From assembly GCA_007693455.1 (NCBI GenBank), contig REDP01000167.1:16799-80798 (forward strand): a DNA stretch of 64,000 nucleotides, in the 5' to 3' direction. Shown piece by piece: positions 1 to 8,718 of this stretch. The notes beneath the pieces were generated by a model. It had not been told where the DNA came from and did not search any database. It saw only the letters and a program-made list of their open reading frames with translations. A program made the translations under genes and the position numbers. Position 1 is the first letter of the stretch; the number at the start of each line of letters is the position of its first letter. This DNA comes from Planctomycetota bacterium (lineage in GTDB: Bacteria > Planctomycetota > UBA11346).

Positions 1-1
1 T

Positions 2-904
2 CGTCGCTATCCCGTCAAGCGGGCGGCCTTGTTGCAGATGCTGTGGTTGGTGCAAAGTGAATTTGCTTGGATACCGCGCGTGGCAATAAAATGGGCGGCG
101 CGCCAGTGTGAAGTCTCACCAGTGCACGCCTTTAGTGTGGTGGAATTTTATACCATGTACCGCCAAGTGCCATGGGGCCGCTATACCTTTCGCGTCTGCC
201 ATAATATGGCCTGCCATATTCAGGGGGCAGAGGAGCTGATCGCTCATCTTGAACGGCGTCTGTCCATTCGCGCTGGTGAAACAACGCCAGACGGACTCTT
301 CTCCATTGAGCGGGTTGAGTGTATTGCTGCCTGTGGCAATGGTCCGGCAGTGCAGATTAACGATGATTTCCTCTTTGGTCCCGATGGTTTAAATCAGTTG
401 CAAGAAGGCTGGCATCCAACCCCAGAGATTATGGATGATTGGATTGAGCGTTTACGCGCCGAAGCCGAAGCCAATCCCCAGGCGCCACGTAATGACGAGC
501 TCGGGGGAATTATCCTTGCCAGTCCAGGCCATCCTGGTGCTGAAGGCGCCCAGGCCCAGGTTCAGCAAACAGGCTACGCCAAGCCCCCGCCGCCCTTGAA
601 GGTTGCGGCAAAAGCAGGCGAAGAGAATGGAACCGTTACCATTACTTGGTTGGCTGCGCCCGAGTGCAGCGATACGCTCTGCGAGTACTCTGATGATAAC
701 GGCGCTTCGTGGAGTCAGTGTGGTAATGTTGTTCCCGCTTCGGTGCCAGGACCGCCCGGACCAAAAAACTGTAGCCTCACTCATTCCTCGGCTCCGGCCC
801 TTGGGCTGACCCGTCAGTATCGTGTGTGGTCGGTTCTGCCCGATGATCAGCGCCGGGTATCGGCGGTTGTGGAATACCGTATCAGTGAGGAGGGCGCATC
901 ATGA
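2..904 (+). CDS. nuoE: NADH-quinone oxidoreductase subunit E (24-kDa [2Fe-2S] subunit), 5'-truncated by the window edge, with a non-canonical C-terminal extension of about 140 aa
   Basis: The frame is open from nt 2 (..RYPVKRAALLQMLWLVQ..), so listed ORF 29..904 is only the in-window part. NuoE core with Cys ligands (RVCHNMACH, ECIAACGNGPAV). The stop overlaps the nuoF start (ATGA at 901-904). First gene of a nuoE-N run. Confidence 0.9.
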   Translation, partial: RRYPVKRAALLQMLWLVQSEFAWIPRVAIKWAARQCEVSPVHAFSVVEFYTMYRQVPWGRYTFRVCHNMACHIQGAEELIAHLERRLSIRAGETTPDGLFSIERVECIAACGNGPAVQINDDFLFGPDGLNQLQEGWHPTPEIMDDWIERLRAEAEANPQAPRNDELGGIILASPGHPGAEGAQAQVQQTGYAKPPPPLKVAAKAGEENGTVTITWLAAPECSDTLCEYSDDNGASWSQCGNVVPASVPGPPGPKNCSLTHSSAPALGLTRQYRVWSVLPDDQRRVSAVVEYRISEEGAS

Positions 905-2223
905 TCACCCAATGGAAGGGGCAGGATCTCCCCCGTGTTTTGAGTGGGCGCTTTGATCTTGATGACGGTCATACTCTCGCGGTTGCGCAAAAAGATGGGG
1001 CTTATGCAACCTTAGGACCAAAGCTATTTGATCAAAGTCAATTTGAATTGATCGAAATGGTGATGGATTCGGGTTTACGTGGACGTGGTGGAGCAGGTTT
1101 TCCCACAGGGATGAAATGGCGTTTTGTGCCGCGTTCCAGTGGTAAGCCAGTCTACTTGGTTATCAATGCCGACGAAAGCGAACCTGGCACCTTTAAAGAC
1201 CGCCTGATTCTTGAACGCGACCCGCATCTTCTTATCGAAGGCATGATCATTGCAGGGTATGCCCTGGGAGTGCGTACCGCTTATATTTATGTACGTGGAG
1301 AGATGCTGCCGCAGATTGCCCGCCTTAATGCCGCTTTGCGCGAATGCTACGATGCTGGTTTATTGGGCGAGAATATTCAGGGCTCTGGCTTTAGTATGGA
1401 TATTTACGTGCACCGAGGTGCTGGCGCGTATATTTGTGGAGAAGAGACGGCCCTGCTCAATAGCCTCGAGGGCTATAAAGGTCAGCCTCGCTTAAAACCC
1501 CCGTTCCCTGCGGTATCGGGTGCTTTTGCGGCACCAACCGCGGTCAATAACGTGGAAACGATTGCCGCGTTGCCGTGGATTCTAAATCATGGAGCACAGG
1601 CCTATCGACAATGGGGAACGGATCGTTCGCCAGGAAGTAAATTATTCTCTATTAGCGGTGATGTAGCCAAGCCTGGCGTCTACGAGATACCCTTGGGTAT
1701 GCCCATGCTGGAGTTCTTTGATCTCGCTGGGGGCATGGTTGGCGATCTCCTGGGATGTATCCCAGGTGGTTCATCGGCGCCAGTGCTCAATGCCGAGGAA
1801 TGCGACAAAGCAACGATGGATTACGAGGGTCTCCAGGCGGTGGGCTCAATGCTGGGATCAGGGGCGGTTATGCCTTTCAATACGCAGCGAGATCCGGTAC
1901 AAATCCTCAATTGTTTGACCCGTTTTTACGCCCATGAAAGTTGTGGGCAGTGCACGCCTTGTCGTGAAGGTACTGGCTACGCGGCACGCGTTCTTAAACA
2001 ACTGGCTGCGGGCAAGGGGCGAGGGGAAGAGATTGATCTCGCCTACGACCTCGCGGACAACTTCGAGTGGACAACCATTTGCCCCTTAGCGACGGCTGAC
2101 GCCTGGCCGATTAAATCTTTTATTAGCAAGTTTCGAGATCATTTCGAACGCGCCCTGCAACACACCCCCGAACAGCGTCAGGAAGGTTTGTTAACCGCAT
2201 CCTTCCCTGGCGCGTTCATGTGA
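901..2223 (+). CDS. nuoF: NADH-quinone oxidoreductase subunit F (51-kDa, FMN/NADH-binding)
   Basis: Motifs GRGGAGFPTGMKW (FMN/NADH site) and ESCGQCTPCREG (4Fe-4S). ATGA overlap with nuoE. Confidence 0.96.
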   Translation: MITQWKGQDLPRVLSGRFDLDDGHTLAVAQKDGAYATLGPKLFDQSQFELIEMVMDSGLRGRGGAGFPTGMKWRFVPRSSGKPVYLVINADESEPGTFKDRLILERDPHLLIEGMIIAGYALGVRTAYIYVRGEMLPQIARLNAALRECYDAGLLGENIQGSGFSMDIYVHRGAGAYICGEETALLNSLEGYKGQPRLKPPFPAVSGAFAAPTAVNNVETIAALPWILNHGAQAYRQWGTDRSPGSKLFSISGDVAKPGVYEIPLGMPMLEFFDLAGGMVGDLLGCIPGGSSAPVLNAEECDKATMDYEGLQAVGSMLGSGAVMPFNTQRDPVQILNCLTRFYAHESCGQCTPCREGTGYAARVLKQLAAGKGRGEEIDLAYDLADNFEWTTICPLATADAWPIKSFISKFRDHFERALQHTPEQRQEGLLTASFPGAFM

Positions 2224-2233
2224 AGGTTTGAGC

Positions 2234-3868
2234 ATGTCTGACGACACTATCACCATCAATATTGACGGCGTTGATCGCCAAGTGGACAAAAATCAGCAAT
2301 TAATCCAAGCGCTGGCCCAAGCTGGCGTGGAGACGCCGCATTTTTGCTACCACGAGGATTTGGGCGTGGCGGGAAACTGCCGCATCTGCCTGGTTGAGGT
2401 GGATGGCCCGCGCGGTCCTGCACTGATGATTAGCTGCCATTTGCGCCCCATGCCAGGAATGGTTGTACGCACCGAAGCCACTTCCGAAAAAGTGGTGAAG
2501 GCGCGTAAGGGCGTCATGGAATTCCTTCTGGTAAATCATCCCCTGGATTGCCCTATCTGCGATAAGGCTGGTGAATGTACTCTGCAAGAGCATTATATGA
2601 CCAGCGGCCGTCATGACAGCCGGGTGACCGAAGACATTGGCAAAGCTTATAAAGGTGGTCCTGAGCATCGATTCACTGACACCAAAGGGGTAGAACGCGG
2701 CGGCAAGCATATCGATCTTGGCCCTACCGTGGTGTTGGATCAGGAGCGCTGTATTTTATGTGATCGCTGCACCCGCTTTATGCGAGATGTGGCAGGTGAC
2801 GAACAGCTCTACATTGCGGGCCGCGGTGATCATGCCTACATCACTACCTTTCCTGGCGAGCCCTTGGACCATGCTTATGACCTCAATGTTACCGACATCT
2901 GTCCCGTGGGGGCTCTGACCGGCAAGCATTTTCGCTTTCAGCAGCGGGTGTGGTTTCTGCAAAAAACCAACTCCATCGCTCCTGATGACAGTCTTGGCGC
3001 CAATATCACCATAGAGCACCATCGTGGGAAGGTCTGGCGTTTGATGCCGCGGCGCAATCCCCATGTCAATAAGAGCTGGATTCACAACGATACACGTCTC
3101 TTGTACCGCCAATTGGATGATAACCGCTTGATCCAAGGCGAGCATCGTGGTGCTCCTTGCACCTTGTCGGAATCAATGGTCGCTGCTGGCCAAGTGCTAC
3201 GCACTGCAGGCAAGATTGCGGTGGTAGCCAGTGGACATCTAAGCTGTGAAGACAATGCCGCATTATTGGCCTTGGCGGAATCGTTTGGTGATCGCGCTGA
3301 TATGTATAGCGGATCATGGTTGCCCGTAGGTGAGGGCGATGGTATCGCGCGCTCTGGTGACCCCGTAGCCAACCGTAAGGCCTTGGCTATGATGGGGCTG
3401 ACTGAAAACCTTGATCAACTCCCCGAGCGCGCAGGCGACTACGACTGCTTGTTGGTTATGGGTCATGATCTTTGGGCGGCAGATCCCCAGCGAGCTGCTG
3501 CTTTGGAACAGATCACCCATCGCATCGTTCTTGATTCTTGGCGCACCGCAACCGCGCGGCAAGCAAGCATCGTGGTTCCCATTCGTTGCTGGGCAGAGAT
3601 CCGCGGCACTATGATCAATTGTCATGGTCGGATTCAAATGCTGAACCCTTGTCCAGTCTGTGCCGATGATGCCCTGGAGCCTGCCTGGCAGGTACTCGAC
3701 CGAATTAGCGGTCAGGCCTGTGAGAAGCCCTTGGGTCTCGCGAGCCAAACCCAGGCTTGGAAACTGGTGCAGCAGCGCATACCCGCCTTGGATGGCTTAG
3801 CCTATCGTCATATCGGGCCGCTGGGTGCGGTTGTCGAATCATCCCCCGTTGAGGAGGCTCAGGTATGA
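2234..3868 (+). CDS. nuoG: NADH-quinone oxidoreductase subunit G (short, about 545-aa form)
   Basis: 2Fe-2S motif CYHEDLGVAGNCRICLVEV; 4Fe-4S motifs HPLDCPICDKAGECTLQ and CILCDRCTRF. The listed ORF starts at TTG 2228. ATG 2234 lies 7 nt after GAAGG and is preferred. Confidence 0.92.
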   Translation: MSDDTITINIDGVDRQVDKNQQLIQALAQAGVETPHFCYHEDLGVAGNCRICLVEVDGPRGPALMISCHLRPMPGMVVRTEATSEKVVKARKGVMEFLLVNHPLDCPICDKAGECTLQEHYMTSGRHDSRVTEDIGKAYKGGPEHRFTDTKGVERGGKHIDLGPTVVLDQERCILCDRCTRFMRDVAGDEQLYIAGRGDHAYITTFPGEPLDHAYDLNVTDICPVGALTGKHFRFQQRVWFLQKTNSIAPDDSLGANITIEHHRGKVWRLMPRRNPHVNKSWIHNDTRLLYRQLDDNRLIQGEHRGAPCTLSESMVAAGQVLRTAGKIAVVASGHLSCEDNAALLALAESFGDRADMYSGSWLPVGEGDGIARSGDPVANRKALAMMGLTENLDQLPERAGDYDCLLVMGHDLWAADPQRAAALEQITHRIVLDSWRTATARQASIVVPIRCWAEIRGTMINCHGRIQMLNPCPVCADDALEPAWQVLDRISGQACEKPLGLASQTQAWKLVQQRIPALDGLAYRHIGPLGAVVESSPVEEAQV

Positions 3869-5208
3869 GTGGTATGGAGATGATCCTCTCCTTTGCCAAA
3901 ATCCTCTTGGTATTCATTCCTTTGGGATTGATTCCAGTGATGATTTTCCTTGAGCGTAAGGGGGCTGCCGTAATCCAAGATCGGGTGGGTCCGAATCGCG
4001 CCGGTATTCGCATTTTTGGCGTAGAGATCCGCGGCTTTGGCATGGTGCATAATTTTAGCGATGTGGTAAAGCTCATCTTTAAAGAAGATTTTATCCCGGC
4101 CCATGCCCACAAAGCTTTCTATGTATTTGCTCCGATGATCCCGGTGATGGTGGCGGTGATGACTCCCGCCCTCATTCCCTGGTTTGGGCCCATGGCCTCG
4201 ATTACCGGCTCAAGTCTCAATGGCGCGGTGCTCGACTTTAATGTGGGACTACTGTTCTTATTCGCCATGTCGGCCTTATCGGTGTATGGCATCGTTATTG
4301 GTAGTTGGGCAAGTAATAGCAAGTATTCGCTCCTGGGAGGCATGCGCTCTTCGGCCATGATGATCTCCTATGAGGTGAGCATGGGCTTGTCTATTTTAGG
4401 CCTGATCTTGATCATTGGCAGTTTTAATATGACCCAGATTGTCGAATGGCAGTCCAATTATACCTGGGGAATTGTCGTCCAGCCAGTCGCTTTCTTCCTC
4501 TTCCTGGCAGCCATGTTTGCCGAGACAGGGCGGACCCCATTTGATGTGGCAGAAGGTGAATCGGAGATTGTTGGTGGCTTCCATACCGAGTTCTCGTCGA
4601 TCAAATTTGCCCTCTATTTCATGGGCGAGTATGCGCACGTGGTGATAGCCTCGGCCCTTATGGCGACCCTCTTTTTTGGCGGATACGACCTCCTGCCCAT
4701 CCCTGGTTTTGGTGGCAACTTTATTGCCGATAACCTGGGCTATGTCCTGGCGGTGGTATTGGTCGGCAAGGTGGCTATTTTCTGGGGCTTGGCGGCACTC
4801 ATTAGTCGTCAGCGCCGCCGCTATCGTACCCTGAAAGCAAGTGATGCTGACGGCAAAGAGCGGGAATACTCGCTCATGCGCTTTGTTGTATTCTCGTTGG
4901 GAGTGGTCTGTCTTCTGGGCGCAGTGCTTGCGGCCTGGTTGATCGGACGGCCAGAGCGTGCCTTGACCGCAGAAGGATCTTTTGTCCATGCCGATTGGGT
5001 CGGAGTGCTGACCGCCTTCGTGCAAATCGGCGTGGTCTTAGCCAAGACCTTATTCTTCTGCTGGCTCTTTGTTTGGGTGCGCTGGACCGTGCCTCGCTTG
5101 CGCTACGACCAAATTATGGATTTGGGTTGGAAGGTGCTACTCAATGTGGCATTAATAAACCTCTTAGTCACCGCAGTTATCGTGATGTTGATCAAGGAGG
5201 GCCTGTGA
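3865..5208 (+). CDS. nuoH: NADH-quinone oxidoreductase subunit H, enlarged (447 aa) by an insertion before the last conserved helix
   Basis: NuoH signatures ERKGAAVIQDRVGPNRAG and WVRWTVPRLRYDQIMDLGWK. GAGGAGG lies 7 nt upstream of ATG 3865. ATGA overlap with the nuoG stop. Confidence 0.95.
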   Translation: MSGMEMILSFAKILLVFIPLGLIPVMIFLERKGAAVIQDRVGPNRAGIRIFGVEIRGFGMVHNFSDVVKLIFKEDFIPAHAHKAFYVFAPMIPVMVAVMTPALIPWFGPMASITGSSLNGAVLDFNVGLLFLFAMSALSVYGIVIGSWASNSKYSLLGGMRSSAMMISYEVSMGLSILGLILIIGSFNMTQIVEWQSNYTWGIVVQPVAFFLFLAAMFAETGRTPFDVAEGESEIVGGFHTEFSSIKFALYFMGEYAHVVIASALMATLFFGGYDLLPIPGFGGNFIADNLGYVLAVVLVGKVAIFWGLAALISRQRRRYRTLKASDADGKEREYSLMRFVVFSLGVVCLLGAVLAAWLIGRPERALTAEGSFVHADWVGVLTAFVQIGVVLAKTLFFCWLFVWVRWTVPRLRYDQIMDLGWKVLLNVALINLLVTAVIVMLIKEGL

Positions 5209-5209
5209 C

Positions 5210-5785
5210 ATGGCAATAGTCATTCCAAGACCACAATTGAGTTTTGCTGAGAAACTCTACTTCGTGGAAATTTTCAAAGGCCTTGCCCTTACCATCGGTC
5301 ACGCTTTCCGGACTCTGACCAAGGTGGACACCCTGGAGACCTTGGACTATCCCGAAGTGCAGCCAGACCTTCCCCAAGACTATCGTTCGCGACATCGTTT
5401 GATGCAGCGACCGGATGGAAGTCCGCGCTGCGTAGCCTGCTTTATGTGTTCAACGGCTTGCCCTGCACGCTGCATTGAAATTGTTGCTGAGGAAAGTGAT
5501 AATGCCCATGTAGAGAAGCGGCCGAAGGTATTCGACATTGACTTGCTGCTGTGTATTTACTGCGGTTTGTGTGTGGAGGCCTGTCCATGTGATGCCATAC
5601 GCATGGATACCAAGCAGGCGATATTGGTCGAAGATGCCCGTGAGAAATTTATTATCGATAAGGACAGCCTCCTCGACTGGAAGCCCAGTGATTATCCTGA
5701 CCACGATGAAATTTCTCAGCAGGCACCAGGCGGCCTCAAACATGCCGCAGCCTTAGCTGCCTTCCAGTCAGGCGATCAGCACTGA
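5210..5785 (+). CDS. nuoI: NADH-quinone oxidoreductase subunit I (2x[4Fe-4S] ferredoxin-type)
   Basis: Two CxxCxxCxxxCP motifs (CVACFMCSTACPARC, CIYCGLCVEACPCDA). Starts 1 nt after the nuoH stop. Confidence 0.95.
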   Translation: MAIVIPRPQLSFAEKLYFVEIFKGLALTIGHAFRTLTKVDTLETLDYPEVQPDLPQDYRSRHRLMQRPDGSPRCVACFMCSTACPARCIEIVAEESDNAHVEKRPKVFDIDLLLCIYCGLCVEACPCDAIRMDTKQAILVEDAREKFIIDKDSLLDWKPSDYPDHDEISQQAPGGLKHAAALAAFQSGDQH

Positions 5786-5859
5786 CGTCCTGTTATTCTC
5801 ATTGATCTTCTTTGGATCAAACATCCACCCCCACTTTTCCCCGCTTGGTACGCGCACCT

Positions 5860-6420
5860 ATGGATCTCGCAAACATCTATTTTAGCGTCTTTGCTCTGAT
5901 CGCCATTGGCTGTGCCATTGGTGTTCTCCTGGCACGTCATCCCATTGGCGGGGCAATCAATCTGATTGGTCTGATGCTGGCTCTTGCTGGCATTTTCGGC
6001 ATTCTTGCCGGACCCTTTAACGGCACCATTCAAATCCTCGTCTATGCAGGCGCGATCATGATGTTGTTGGTGTTCGTCATTATGGTGCTCAATAGTGCCC
6101 GTGATGATGCAGTTCCGCCGGTAAGTCTGCCTAGTCTCTTCGGCTTGAGTGTGCCAATTGTCTTTGTCTCCATGGTGCTGTTGGTGCTCAGCCAAACCAG
6201 CCTGGGCGATGGCACTCCTGGCACCCGCGGCACGGTGGAAATCCTTGCTGAGCGGATGTTTGATTTTTCCCAGGATGGGGGAGCCTTTCACATCCTCTTC
6301 TTGATTGTAAGTCTAGTGTTATTAGTGGCTTTGGTGGGTGCGGTGCTCTTGGCCAAGCGTGATCTCAGCGATACCCGACAGCCAGAAGCGATTCCCCATG
6401 GGGAGGATAGTCATGGGTGA
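5860..6420 (+). CDS. nuoJ: NADH-quinone oxidoreductase subunit J
   Basis: Hydrophobic NuoJ-like protein (MDLANIYFSVFALIAIG.., ILVYAGAIMMLLVFVIM) at the J position of the operon. Listed ORF 5812 begins at a TTG; ATG 5860 gives the canonical N-terminus. Confidence 0.85.
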   Translation: MDLANIYFSVFALIAIGCAIGVLLARHPIGGAINLIGLMLALAGIFGILAGPFNGTIQILVYAGAIMMLLVFVIMVLNSARDDAVPPVSLPSLFGLSVPIVFVSMVLLVLSQTSLGDGTPGTRGTVEILAERMFDFSQDGGAFHILFLIVSLVLLVALVGAVLLAKRDLSDTRQPEAIPHGEDSHG

Positions 6421-6733
6421 GATTGACCCGGTCTTGGTGCAATCCTTGGCGGCGATCATTTTCGCCATCGGCATTGCCGTGGTGGTGACGCGACGCAATC
6501 TTTTCTTCTTATTAATGGGCGTTGAGCTCATGCTGAATGCTGTGAATTTGAGTTTCATTGGTTTTTCCCGCACCTTCAGTGAGCACGTGGCATCAGTGGA
6601 TGGCCAAATTGTGCCTCTGTTCATTATCGCCTTGGCGGCAGCTGAAGCCTGTATCGGACTGGCCATGGTTATGATGCTGGTTCGGGGACGCCACACCCTT
6701 GATGCCGACGCCTACGCGTCGATGAAGGAGTAA
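6413..6733 (+). CDS. nuoK: NADH-quinone oxidoreductase subunit K
   Basis: 106-aa three-helix protein (..LMGVELMLNAVNLSFIGF..AAAEACIGLA..). GGAGG precedes ATG 6413. 8-nt overlap with the nuoJ end. The listed start 6338 lies inside nuoJ. Confidence 0.9.
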   Translation: MGEIDPVLVQSLAAIIFAIGIAVVVTRRNLFFLLMGVELMLNAVNLSFIGFSRTFSEHVASVDGQIVPLFIIALAAAEACIGLAMVMMLVRGRHTLDADAYASMKE

Positions 6734-6735
6734 CC

Positions 6736-8718
6736 GTGCCGGCACAGTTTCTCTGGCTTATTCCCTGTCTGCCCTTACTGGGTTTTATTGCCAATGGTTT
6801 GATTGCCCTTCTCTCCGCTTCGTCTGAGCGAGGCCCCGAACGCAAGATTGTTGCTGCAATTGCTGTGGGCATGCCAGCCCTGGCTAGCATCGTATGCGTA
6901 TACGCTACAGCGGTGCTGCTGCGCGGCGATCTTCCCATGATTCCACAATTTGCCCAATGGACCTGGTTTTCGGGGGCAAATTGGGAAATCACCATGGGCT
7001 TCCATTTTGATTACTTGACTGCTTTTATGCTCAGTTTCGTGCTGGGTGTGGGCACCTTGATCCATCTCTATGCGGTGGGATATATGGCCCATGATAGGGG
7101 TTTTGCCCGCTTCTTCGCCTACTTTAACCTTTTCCTGTTCTTTATGGTGGTGCTAGTAATGGCTGACAACGCCATTCTTACCTTCTTGGGTTGGGAGGGG
7201 GTTGGTCTCTGTTCGTACCTACTGATTGGTTTCTGGCATAAAGACCACGCCAACAATAACGCTGCTCGCAAGGCATTTATTATCAACCGCGTTGGCGATC
7301 TTGGCTTACTCCTGGGGCTCTTAGCAGTGGTGCTCCTGCAAGTGAATACCACTGGTAGCTGGGATCTCAGCTGGACCGGTATTGCCGCTTGGGCACAGAA
7401 TCACGCGACTGACCCAGGGGTGGTGGGAAGTGGTTTGTTGTTGGCAGCGGTACTGCTGATCTTCCTCGGTTGCGCCGGTAAAAGCGCCCAGATTCCCCTT
7501 TTTACCTGGCTGCCCGATGCTATGGCAGGCCCGACACCCGTATCGGCACTGATTCATGCGGCAACCATGGTGACTGCCGGTATTTATCTGTGCGCTCGCT
7601 TTGCCGACGTTATTGTCCTTTCGCCTTTGGCGATGACCATAATCGTGACCATAGCCATCGCCACGGCCCTCTACGCCGCCATTCTCGCTCTGGTGCAGTG
7701 GGACATTAAAAAGATTCTTGCCTACTCTACTGTTTCGCAGCTGGGTTTTATGTTTATGGCAGTGGGCGTTGGGGCATTTGATGTGGCTCTGTTCCATGTC
7801 TTTACCCATGCGTTTTTTAAGGCAGCGCTCTTTCTGGGCGCGGGGTCGATTATTCATGCCTTACATCATGAGCAGGATATTCGCCGCATGGGTGGCTTGG
7901 CCAAGGCTATGCCCGGAACCTACTCGCCCATGTTTTTTGCCTGGTATGCGATTATTGGCTTACCCTTGGGTGCTGGCTTTATGTCCAAGGAACTGATTCT
8001 TGATCGCTTGGTGCTGGTTCCTGGATACGGGCCTGTGTTATGGGCTTTAGCCCTGATTGCGGCCTTCCTGACGGCGGTGTATATGACCCGCATGATGTAC
8101 TATGTATTTTGGAGTCCATCGCGCCGCCAGCATGAGCCCGAACCCTTGCCGATGACCATGCTTGCACCTCCTGCTATCTTAGGTTTTGCCTCTTTGGTGG
8201 TGGGTGGCGTATGGTTTGCCCTTATGCCAGGCGCCGATTTCCTGGCTCGCTGGCTGGAGCCCGTGGTTGCCCCTGCGCAGGAGGTTTTGGCGCAGCGGGT
8301 ATGGGGAGGCGAGATGCCCTATAATAAACTCAAGGCTATTCTCTTAGCGATTGTTGGTGTCGGAGTCATTATTGTGGGTGCCGTGTGGGCGCGCTCGCGC
8401 TTCCGTTTAGCGCCCTGTGATCCGCAGGCCGAGGGACTTAGTGCCACAGGTATGCGTCTTACCCATGCCTTTGATCGGCTGTACGATACGAGTTTGGTTC
8501 GCCCCACGATGGCTTTAGCCCGTGGCATTTCTCGCAGTTTCGAGCTGGTGATCCTGCCTGGAGTCAACCAGTGGATCGCGCGAACAGTGCACATTACGGG
8601 CGTAGGCTACCAGCGCGTACAACGCCCACGCATGCGTAGTGGGCTCATCCTCTCCCTCTTTGGAGTTGTCATTATTATGCTCATTGTGGTATGGGATATT
8701 CTTGGGAGGGCTTCGTGA
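6736..8718 (+). CDS. nuoL: NADH-quinone oxidoreductase subunit L (antiporter-like)
   Basis: Motif WLPDAMAGPTPVSALIHAATMVTAG. GTG start 5 nt after GAAGGAG. Confidence 0.95.
   Translation: MPAQFLWLIPCLPLLGFIANGLIALLSASSERGPERKIVAAIAVGMPALASIVCVYATAVLLRGDLPMIPQFAQWTWFSGANWEITMGFHFDYLTAFMLSFVLGVGTLIHLYAVGYMAHDRGFARFFAYFNLFLFFMVVLVMADNAILTFLGWEGVGLCSYLLIGFWHKDHANNNAARKAFIINRVGDLGLLLGLLAVVLLQVNTTGSWDLSWTGIAAWAQNHATDPGVVGSGLLLAAVLLIFLGCAGKSAQIPLFTWLPDAMAGPTPVSALIHAATMVTAGIYLCARFADVIVLSPLAMTIIVTIAIATALYAAILALVQWDIKKILAYSTVSQLGFMFMAVGVGAFDVALFHVFTHAFFKAALFLGAGSIIHALHHEQDIRRMGGLAKAMPGTYSPMFFAWYAIIGLPLGAGFMSKELILDRLVLVPGYGPVLWALALIAAFLTAVYMTRMMYYVFWSPSRRQHEPEPLPMTMLAPPAILGFASLVVGGVWFALMPGADFLARWLEPVVAPAQEVLAQRVWGGEMPYNKLKAILLAIVGVGVIIVGAVWARSRFRLAPCDPQAEGLSATGMRLTHAFDRLYDTSLVRPTMALARGISRSFELVILPGVNQWIARTVHITGVGYQRVQRPRMRSGLILSLFGVVIIMLIVVWDILGRAS

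Noticed and set aside
4396-5025. 209-aa minus-strand ORF inside nuoH, and similar antisense or alternative-frame ORFs in nuoG/L/M/N (e.g. 7321..7857, 9350..9907, 3314..3748)
   Set aside because: They overlap conserved complex I genes completely, and their products have no membrane-protein or other family character.
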